In this document: in pieces, positions 56,200 to 64,000 of the stretch
How positions within the stretch are numbered: the first letter of the stretch is position 1
Layout of the letters: every line of letters begins with the position of its first letter
From: Planctomycetota bacterium
GTDB lineage: Bacteria > Planctomycetota > UBA8742 > UBA2392
Direction: 5' to 3'
DNA: 64,000 nucleotides
Assembly (NCBI GenBank): GCA_019912315.1
Contig: JAIOJA010000008.1
Location: forward strand, 45,668-109,667
Notes under the pieces: model-generated
Database searches by the model: none
What the model was told of the DNA's origin: nothing
What the model saw: only the letters and a program-made list of their open reading frames with translations
Program-made: the position numbers and the translations under genes

Positions 56200-59034
56200 C
56201 TACTCGCCGCCTTTGCTTACCGAGTTGCCTTCGCCTTCATCCAGACCGCCGAAATTCTGCGTCCAGATCGTCTGCCACTTGCCGCTGCCTAGCACGCGCC
56301 AGCCCGGCGTCAGAATATTCCGGTGGTGACCACTGCTGTGGCACCAGGAGTTGTGGCTGCTGAGTGCCGTCGGCCCGCCGCTGTTCATGTGAATGTTTTC
56401 GCCGCCGCCGCCGGGGTAGCCCTCATGCCTCATGCGATCACCGGGGCCCTCGCCCTTTGGCTCGCCGGCGATTTCGTGGGCGATCTGACCGCCGTTGTGT
56501 TCCACGCAATAGCGCGAGTGGTGCTTGGCCGCCCAATACAGCTTGTCGTTGATCTTCAGGGCCATGCGCCCGAACATGATGCGGTACTCGTTGGTGATTT
56601 TGACCTGTTCGCGTGAATCCGCGTCGGCGTGACCGTCGCCCGTCGGGAAATTCTCGTTGTACTCCATGATCTTGACGTTGGCGTTGTACAGGGCCTGCTT
56701 GCCGGTGTTGTCGCCCGTGTAGTTGCGGATCGACAGGTCGTCGTTCGCGATGTTCGAAATGTAGTCAACCGTCTCTTCGGGCGTCTGCTTGAAGTACTGC
56801 TGCCCCGGGTCGATGGTCGCCATGCGCTCGGCGATGGCGCGAATCTTTTCCATGATCGCGTCAAAGGCCGGGTTGGTCTGCCCCGCGAACTTCACCGGGT
56901 TGTTCCAGATTTCGCGCACACTGGCCACGCGCACGTCAACTTCGGCCTGGATTTCCGCCTGGTTCGGCGCATACGGGTACGGGTAGGCAACCGGGTCCAT
57001 GATCAGCTCAAGGGCGAACTCGCGGCGCCGGTCGAGCTCGGCCAGCAGTTCCTTCAGCTTCGCGTCGTCGGCCAGCAGGCCCGTGGCCTTCTTGGCGTTG
57101 ATCATTTCCTTATCAAGCACACCCTGAAGAATCTCGATGGCCGGCTTTACGGCGCGGTCCCCCATCTCGATCAGCTCATCAAAGGCCTTCTCGGCTTCTT
57201 CGGCTTTGCGCTTGTCCTTGTTGCCGATACCTTTCTCGAAGCGCTCCAGCACGGCGCGCAGGTTTGCATAAAAGATCGCGTCATCTTTTTCGACCGGCGT
57301 GACCAGCATGCCGTCGTGCTCAACGAAGCCGCCTTCAGGAATGTTGATCCTGCGCTTGCTGGCGACGAGATTGTCGATGCCTTCCTTCCAGTCGTTGCGC
57401 GCCTTGAACAGTTGCAGCGCCCGCCGGGACGCGTCGTCGGTGAAGCCGTTGTCGTAGCAGTAAATGACAAGCGCGAACTTGTCCTCATCGGTTTTGCCCG
57501 GCGTGACGTCGTACAGACCCAGCATGTCCGCCGAGTCGATCTTGTCCCAGGTCGTGGATGAAGGCACGACCAGCTCTTCGCCGCTTTTCTTGTCAACATA
57601 CGCGTACAGGTACTTCAGGCGCCCCGTAGCAGACAGCCCCTCGATCTCCGCGTCGTTGCCACGAATCTTGAAGCGCGTGCCCTTCAGCGTGCCGTCCTTG
57701 ACGGCCGCCACCAGGCGGCTCTGCACGGCCGCCAGCAGCTTCACCTCGCTGCGCGTGCCATCCGGCAGCAGAGGGTTTTTGCCCGGCAGGCGACTATCGT
57801 CCTTCTTTACCTTGTCCAGAATCGACGGCTTCTTGACCTCGACGTCGGGCGTAACCTCGGGCGGGACGATGCTGGCCTTGAGGGCCTCAATCTTGCGGCG
57901 CTCGGTCTCATAGACGTCGCGGTCGTCAGCGGTCAGGTAAGCGCGGGTCAGCAACTCGTCGCAAACGGCAAGTGCCTCGTCATAGCGCATTTGCTCTGCG
58001 AGGCTCCACATCTGGGTGTAGCTCAGGGCAAGGAACCCCTTGTTGAACTCTTCGACTTCCTTGCGCTTGCGGTCAATCTTGATGTGGTGCGCCTTGGCCA
58101 TGCCAGCCAGGTACAGATTCGAATTCAGGTAGCCATCGAGTTCGTCCAGCTTGTCCATGGCCAGGGCAAAGTTGCCTTCTTCGGCGCTCAGCCCGGCTGC
58201 CGCCAGTTCCGTGTCCACATACAGACTGACTTCGCGGTCAAGCTCGCGGGCAAGGCTCGACTTCATGTCGGAAATGTCCGACAGGGCCTTGCTGCCACGC
58301 TTGCCCTTCAGGCGCTCCTGGATGCGCTCAAGCTCATGCAGCTTCTCGATCGCGCTGCCTTCGCCGTCCAGAACACCCTGGGCGAGGGCCAGCGCGGCCT
58401 TGTCGTCGTCCGAAAGCTCGGCCTGGCGCGGGCCGTCGGGTCCCTTGTCGGCAACCTTGTCGTTGTCAACGGGCTTGGAGCCGATTGAGCTGATGACAAA
58501 GAAGCCTCCCGCGCCAAGCACAAGAATGATGACGGCCGCCGCGACCAGGGCGGGTACTGGGCTTTTCGCCCTGGGTACGGGGCCGACAAATGGCTGATTC
58601 TCACCCTCACCTGCGATTTCACCCGCAGGCGCAGCGCGTCTGGGCGCGCTTCGCGGTACATCCGCCCGCCGGGGAGGACGGGCGGCTGTACCTTGAGCCC
58701 CGGGAGTGGGGTTAAGTCCTGTAATCTGGATCCTGGTAGCACCGATCTCAATGACGTCGCCATCCTTAATGAAGGCGAAATTCATCTTCTCGCCGTTGAG
58801 CCCGGTGCCGTTGGCCGACATCTGATCGACCATCTTCCAGCCATCGACGGTTCGCTCGAGCGTCAGGTGCTGGCGAGACGCGCCCTTTTCACCGTTCAGG
58901 CACACATCGTTCGTGTCGGCCCGCCCGATGGTGATAATTCCGAGATTGGGGTCGGGTGTGAACTCCTTCACTTCCCCGTTGAGGCTGATGAGTAACTTCA
59001 TCAGAGGCAACTCCGTTCGCATTGATGTAAACAA
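56200..59034 (-). CDS. FHA-domain protein with a TM helix, long helical periplasmic/extracellular region and C-terminal CAP (SCP/PR-1, YkwD-like) domain
   Basis: N-terminal FHA (TIGRADTNDVCLNGEKGASRQHLTL…GTGLNGEKM). TM (PALVAAAVIILVLGAGGFFVI). C-terminal CAP motifs (GENIHMNSG; WCHSSGHHRNIL; GSGKWQTIWTQNFG). Confidence 0.65.
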   Translation of the reverse strand: MFTSMRTELPLMKLLISLNGEVKEFTPDPNLGIITIGRADTNDVCLNGEKGASRQHLTLERTVDGWKMVDQMSANGTGLNGEKMNFAFIKDGDVIEIGATRIQITGLNPTPGAQGTAARPPRRADVPRSAPRRAAPAGEIAGEGENQPFVGPVPRAKSPVPALVAAAVIILVLGAGGFFVISSIGSKPVDNDKVADKGPDGPRQAELSDDDKAALALAQGVLDGEGSAIEKLHELERIQERLKGKRGSKALSDISDMKSSLARELDREVSLYVDTELAAAGLSAEEGNFALAMDKLDELDGYLNSNLYLAGMAKAHHIKIDRKRKEVEEFNKGFLALSYTQMWSLAEQMRYDEALAVCDELLTRAYLTADDRDVYETERRKIEALKASIVPPEVTPDVEVKKPSILDKVKKDDSRLPGKNPLLPDGTRSEVKLLAAVQSRLVAAVKDGTLKGTRFKIRGNDAEIEGLSATGRLKYLYAYVDKKSGEELVVPSSTTWDKIDSADMLGLYDVTPGKTDEDKFALVIYCYDNGFTDDASRRALQLFKARNDWKEGIDNLVASKRRINIPEGGFVEHDGMLVTPVEKDDAIFYANLRAVLERFEKGIGNKDKRKAEEAEKAFDELIEMGDRAVKPAIEILQGVLDKEMINAKKATGLLADDAKLKELLAELDRRREFALELIMDPVAYPYPYAPNQAEIQAEVDVRVASVREIWNNPVKFAGQTNPAFDAIMEKIRAIAERMATIDPGQQYFKQTPEETVDYISNIANDDLSIRNYTGDNTGKQALYNANVKIMEYNENFPTGDGHADADSREQVKITNEYRIMFGRMALKINDKLYWAAKHHSRYCVEHNGGQIAHEIAGEPKGEGPGDRMRHEGYPGGGGENIHMNSGGPTALSSHNSWCHSSGHHRNILTPGWRVLGSGKWQTIWTQNFGGLDEGEGNSVSKGGE

Positions 59035-59344
59035 CGTTTCCTACGCAGTTTCCAGCAACGCCGGTACGTGGTGTTCTGCCCGACAGGATGCATAAGCCGT
59101 GCCAAAATCAGTCGTATGGCACGATGCCCGCCAGTCGGGCATGCGTCGCCACACCCGACTTCATCGCCATCGACAATGCGGGTAAATAGTATACAGTATG
59201 GAATGTAGGTGATCGCGGTTACCAGGTTCCCAGCAGGGTCATTTGGATGGAAACATTGATTTCAATATGGTTTCCAAACGCCGGGCGCGTCCGACTTGCG
59301 TGCAATATTTACACGTCAATTCGTCTCTCGCAATTTGCTATCTA

Positions 59345-60067
59345 TCACTCGCCAGTGTCCACCAGATGCACAATCAGCAGGCGAACGCGATGGCCCTCTT
59401 CGTACCCGGCCCGCGACAGAAAGAAGCACGCGGAGTGCCCCGGCCTGATCGTCTCAACTGCCACTCGGTCCGCCGCCACAATTTCCGGAGTCAATGTCCG
59501 GGTGTGCGGAATCACCTTGTGCGCGGCGCTGAACTCGATCAGAGGGCGTATGCAATGCTCGCTGTGGCTTTCGACGGTTAGGCCGTGCCACCCATCCGCT
59601 GTCGCATCCACTCGGACTGTCGCCCGGACGCCTTCCTGCCACGAATCAATAAAGCACGGCACCAGCCGGTCGCCACTAACGCCCGTTTGCCCGATAAAGA
59701 ACTGCTGCCGCCGAAACTCGATTTCGAGCGACTCACCCCCGACCCAGGCGCTGGGGCGCCGAAGCACTTCGCCGCGCTTCTCCGCCAGGGCCCGCAATGC
59801 CAGTAATTCGCCGACCGCGTGAGTCCTGGCAACCGGCACAATGCCGTGATCTGCCGGGTAATCAAGGACTTCCATGGCGAGTTCTTCCTCTACATCCAGC
59901 AAGGTCATATCAAGACGCAAGCGCGCCCCGGCCTGAGGCTCGGCAACGGCATCGCCGCGCAATCCGGCATAGTCCGAGACTGCATACTCGTATTCGTACA
60001 CAGTATCGGGCTGGCTGGCGGCGCAGCCTGTCAGTACGGCCAACACCACAACGCAGAGTCCACGCAT
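59345..60067 (-). CDS. Hypothetical lipoprotein
   Basis: Lipoprotein signal MRGLCVVVLAVLTGC-A with LTGC lipobox. Confidence 0.5.
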   Translation of the reverse strand: MRGLCVVVLAVLTGCAASQPDTVYEYEYAVSDYAGLRGDAVAEPQAGARLRLDMTLLDVEEELAMEVLDYPADHGIVPVARTHAVGELLALRALAEKRGEVLRRPSAWVGGESLEIEFRRQQFFIGQTGVSGDRLVPCFIDSWQEGVRATVRVDATADGWHGLTVESHSEHCIRPLIEFSAAHKVIPHTRTLTPEIVAADRVAVETIRPGHSACFFLSRAGYEEGHRVRLLIVHLVDTGE

Positions 60068-60096
60068 GGCGGCTCTCCTTAGGGGGAGTTCCGGGG

Positions 60097-60882
60097 CTAT
60101 TTGCCTTCTGGTGTTGACTCGTCAATGCTGGTGCGGCGCCCGCTGATCAGCACCGTGTAGATCGCGTTGTCGCGTCCGATGATCCCGGTCAGCACAAGCA
60201 CCCGGTCTTCGGAAATCTCGCCTGAGGCCGATATCTGCTGGGTGTAGGTCACGGGCACCTGAATCTCCATTTCCGCACCGTACACGCGAACCCGCTGCGA
60301 CTGAATCGGACGCACGATCTCGCTCATGGCCACGCCCACCGAAAGTGACAACTTCGACTCGCCGGCCGCCACCACGCTCAACTCAACCAGCAGCCCTTCG
60401 TGGGCGATGTCCACAATCGGGTCGGCCACGCGGCGGGCGCTTTCGCCCTGAATGGCGAAGCCGCTTACGTAGGCGATCTCGTTGCTGACGCGGACCGTGC
60501 CGGACTGATTTTCAAACACGCTCAGGCGGGGCGCGCTGACCAGAGTGCCCTGTGCCAGCAGTTCCTCTGTGACGTGCGACGCGGGCAGGCTGGACGCCCC
60601 AATCTCGATGGCCCGGTCGCCGAACATGCGCCGCGCGCCTTCGGGACCTGCCCGCAGAAAGCGCACTTCCACGGCGTACACGACGTCCGGGTTGCTCTGG
60701 GTGCTTTCACGAACGGGCAGGTCGTCCAGCAACTGCCGGGCGCTCAGACCACCGCTGTAGGAAAGAACAAAGTCGGATTCCGGTGCCAACTCAGCCATTG
60801 GCTCAAAGGCCTCTGGTCGGCTGGCGCAGCCTGTGGCCAGGCACAACACGACCGCCACGATCATCGCGGTAAGGAATTTCAT
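60097..60882 (-). CDS. Hypothetical lipoprotein (likely paralog of the downstream lipoprotein)
   Basis: Lipoprotein signal MKFLTAMIVAVVLCLATGC-A with LATGC lipobox. Similar size and beta-rich composition. Confidence 0.5.
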   Translation of the reverse strand: MKFLTAMIVAVVLCLATGCASRPEAFEPMAELAPESDFVLSYSGGLSARQLLDDLPVRESTQSNPDVVYAVEVRFLRAGPEGARRMFGDRAIEIGASSLPASHVTEELLAQGTLVSAPRLSVFENQSGTVRVSNEIAYVSGFAIQGESARRVADPIVDIAHEGLLVELSVVAAGESKLSLSVGVAMSEIVRPIQSQRVRVYGAEMEIQVPVTYTQQISASGEISEDRVLVLTGIIGRDNAIYTVLISGRRTSIDESTPEGK

Positions 60883-61169
60883 GAGTCACTTTCAGCGGGG
60901 AAATTACGGGGCAGGCGTCCACAGGTTAGTGGCACCAATCCCCCGGTCCAGTGAGAAAAACCTGCCCAAGGCCTGACCACCACCAGTAGTACCCCGATTT
61001 GTCGGATTTTTCTTGGCAGCATTGTTGGCCGATGACATGGTGACTATGCGCTCAAAAATACATTCGTGGGGATGTGCTGCGCTCGACACATCGTTGTTGA
61101 CGCCGACCGCTCCCACACAAATTGATACGTTGCCGCGCTGGCTGCGGCTGTTGCTACATCGGAGAAGTT

Positions 61170-64000
61170 CATGCGATATGTGATTTCAGGTTTGATTGTC
61201 GCCATTGCCGCGTTGGTTGGGACGCAACTGAGCGGGCAGTACGCGTTCGCGCCGTTTACCGTCAACAATCTGACGACCGTAGCTCAGGATTTCCCCATGA
61301 GTGTCGGCTCCGTCCCCGCCGGCACATACACCAGCTTCACAGTAACGGCCGACTGGTCCGCCGGCATGGGTGACCCCTACTCGAACGAGGCACGACTGAC
61401 GCTGACAGATGGCGCAGCCACCACCTACTATGCGGAGGCGGCTCCTACATCGGGCGCACAGGCGACAGTGAATCCCGTAACCATCACTTGGTCAGGAACG
61501 CTCAGCGGCGGCTACACCGGTGGCGGCCCGCTGACACTGCGAGCAAGGCAGACATATGATATCGGCTCGTTCTCGGTCTGGTCGAACGTAGTACTCACCA
61601 TCAACACGACTACCCCGCCCTATGGCCCGCCGACTTTCACCAATCCGGGGCTGACTGGCGACTATTGCGCGGGCATCCAGATCAACACCAGCCCGGCCTT
61701 CAACCAGACCATCACCGAAAGCGCCACCGACTACAATTACCACAGCGGCATCAGTGCCACCTTCGCGGCCGGGCAGAGCTACACAATCACGCTTACCAAC
61801 AACGCGCTCTACGATGGCGGCATCGCTGTGTGGCTCGACTACAACGGCGACGGCGACTACGCCGACGCGAATGAGTTGCTGGGGCAGACGGCCATTCTTG
61901 CCGCCAGCGCAATCGGCACGATCAATTTCACCGTACCGCCCGCGATCACGCCGCAAGCGGGGACACGCTTCCGCCTGATTCAGGTTTACAATGCTGTTCC
62001 GGCCGACCCCGTGGGCAGCTACGCCTACGGCCAGTGTGATGAATACGATGCAGTCACGACACCGCCGCCTGCCGGCCCGGAAATCAACATCCAGGACCCC
62101 AGCAGCGTGTCCGTCGCGTCGGCCGGCACTTACATCCACGCCACCCCGCTGGTCGGCGGCACCACCGGCCCTGCCCTTACATTCACCATCCAGAATTTCG
62201 GCACCGTCGCCCTCACGATCAACAGCGCGCTGCTGACCGGCACGCCGGCCGGCTGCGCCCCCACAATCCAGACGCCGCCGGTTTCGCCGGTGCCACCGAC
62301 GACGGGCTCTACGCCATTTATCATCAACGTCAATCCCGACCCGGGTTTCGGCGCATGGAGTTTCCAGTTCACCGTGGACAACGACGACGTGGACGAAGCC
62401 CTGTATGTCGTCAACGTGCAAGGCAGTCGCGGAATGACCGGTACCTATACGGTCAACAGCGCCGGCGGTGCCGACTACATGGACGTTGGCGATGCTTTTG
62501 AAGCGCTGGAGGATTTCGGCGTCGTCGGTGCCGTGACCTTCGAAGTTACCGGAACATTCACCTCCAACACGAACTATGAGCTCGGTCGTGACGATGCCAC
62601 CGTGGACCTGGTCGAGGGCGTCAGCGCCAGCAACACCGTTACCTTCCGCGGCATGGGCGCCAGTAAGCCGGTCATTTCCGGCTCAGCGGCCCTTGGGCCA
62701 TACGCCGGGCTGCCGTTCATTTCAACCATGATCATCATGACGCCTTATGTAACGCTGGAAAACCTGGAGGTCACAGGCGGCTTTGACGCGGGGATTGTCG
62801 TGATCAGCCACGACACGATTCACCTGATCACGGGTGTCAACATCCTCAAGTGCTCCGTGCATGGTGTAACCGGCGGACCTGGCATCTTCTTTGTGAATGG
62901 TACCGGGCCTCTGCTCGCCACGAACTGCACGGTGCAGAACTGCCTGATCTATGCCTGTGTGGGCAGTGGCACGCTGAACGGGTTCGGCGACGGAGCTCTC
63001 AGTTTTCACAACATCGGTACCGGGTTCACAGTCGATCACAACACCATCCTGCACAACAACGGCGCCGCTGCGTCCGGCGCAGTACACCTCAACACCCCGT
63101 ATGCCGTGGCCAACTCGTCCGCGGTGTCGGTGTTCACGAACAACATCATTGTGAATTCCACCAATGCCACACCGCTGATCCTTGACGGTGGTTCCGTCGC
63201 CCCCACAACGGATCCGCTGACATGCGACTACAACTACTGGTACGCAACCAACGGCGCGACCTTTCATTCCGCTGTGGGAACATACGTCGACTTCCTGGCG
63301 TGGCAGACCACCGGCGGCAAGGACACCAACGGCTCCAGCGCCGACCCGCTGCTGCAGAACACCGGCGTGGGTACCGAGGACCTGCACCTGCAGCCCACCT
63401 CGCCGGCCATCGATGACGCTGATCCGCTTTCCAGCGTGGCTGAGGACTTCGAAGGCGACGCCCGCCCGCAGGGTCCTGCCAAGGACGCCGGCGCCGATGA
63501 AGCGATTCCGTCAGCGACTGCGCCGCTGCTTGAAGTATCGCGCCTCGCGCCGATTCTTCGCACCAACACCGACACGGTGACCGGCACGACGGTCGGCATC
63601 ACCGGCTCGATCAGCTGGGACATCGACAACACCGGCACAGCCAACCTGGACGTAACGGCCATTGCCATCTCGAACAGCACGAACGTGAATGCCGCTATCA
63701 CCAGCGGCACGGTGTTTACCATCACCCCCAGCGGAACGACCGTGGCCCTGGACATTGACATCCAGCCGACCGCGACAAACTGGTCCTTCGATGTCACCAT
63801 CACCAGCAACGACCCGGGTGGCCCGTTCACCTTCACGGTGAACGGCACGGCCGCCCCGGGCAACGCCCCGGCAGAGGCCAACCCGACCACGGCGCCCGTT
63901 TCGAGCTTCGCCGGGCCAACCAACGGTCCGCTGACGCAGACCGTCGCCCCGGGCGCAACCCTGGCCGACGCCAGCATCATCCTGACCGACGCCGAGAACG
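61170..64000 (+). CDS. Giant secreted/surface protein with GEVED-like domain and right-handed beta-helix (pectate-lyase-fold) repeats; 3'-truncated by the window edge and NOT present in the supplied ORF track
   Basis: ATG at 61170 after a GGAGAAG RBS. Signal-anchor MRYVISGLIVAIAALVGTQLSG. Reading frame has no stop for 943 codons through nt 64000. GEVED-like segment (DYCAGIQINTSP…YDGGIAVWLDYNGDGDYADANE). Beta-helix Asn/Thr/Gly-rich repeats (NCTVQNCLIYACVG…NNIIVNSTNATP). C/G-rich third positions. Confidence 0.65.

Noticed and set aside
61492-63980. Three minus-strand ORFs (309, 221, 238 aa) near the 3' end
   Set aside because: All lie antisense to a continuous roughly 943-codon plus-strand frame encoding a GEVED/beta-helix protein. 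Their translations are Gly/Arg/Ala/Val-rich.

Overview
This 64 kb window is high-GC (about 62% by eye) chromosomal DNA. The gene content fits a Planctomycetota-like genome: many large secreted proteins, PA14/IPT and GEVED-type domains, an ECF sigma factor with a long C-terminal extension, and a dynamin-like GTPase. Housekeeping genes are interspersed (kdsD, dxr, citrate synthase, pyrH-frr, glyQS, gyrA, rpsB-tsf, tRNA-Ser). Coding density is high. In this GC-rich DNA nearly every real gene has a long spurious antisense ORF. I chose strands from recognisable protein families, natural (D/E/K-containing) amino-acid composition, signal peptides and C/G-rich third codon positions.

No single feature by itself proves a novel system. 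Each of the following is unusual and is written up in the findings:
- a perfect palindromic array of 5+5 CAGGT heptad repeats in the divergent promoter between a solo bacterial dynamin-like GTPase and a PA14/IPT surface protein;
- a minus-strand module with a Cys-rich small protein, an ECF-sigma/TM/MORN-repeat fusion, an SPFH (flotillin-like)/coiled-coil/beta-propeller giant translationally coupled to a DUF309 protein, an AACTA heptad-repeat hairpin and a hexapeptide acetyltransferase;
- an FHA-TM-CAP(YkwD) fusion preceded by two paralogous lipoproteins;
- an SRPBCC-zinc-ribbon class III nucleotidyl cyclase;
- a PAS-HK / REC / REC-PAS-GGDEF-EAL c-di-GMP module behind a roughly 750 bp low-GC leader;
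- a 900 bp gene-free scar carrying a duplicated C-terminal tail motif;
- a roughly 943-codon GEVED/beta-helix ORF that runs off the 3' end and is absent from the ORF track.

No CRISPR arrays, IS elements or rRNA genes were seen.
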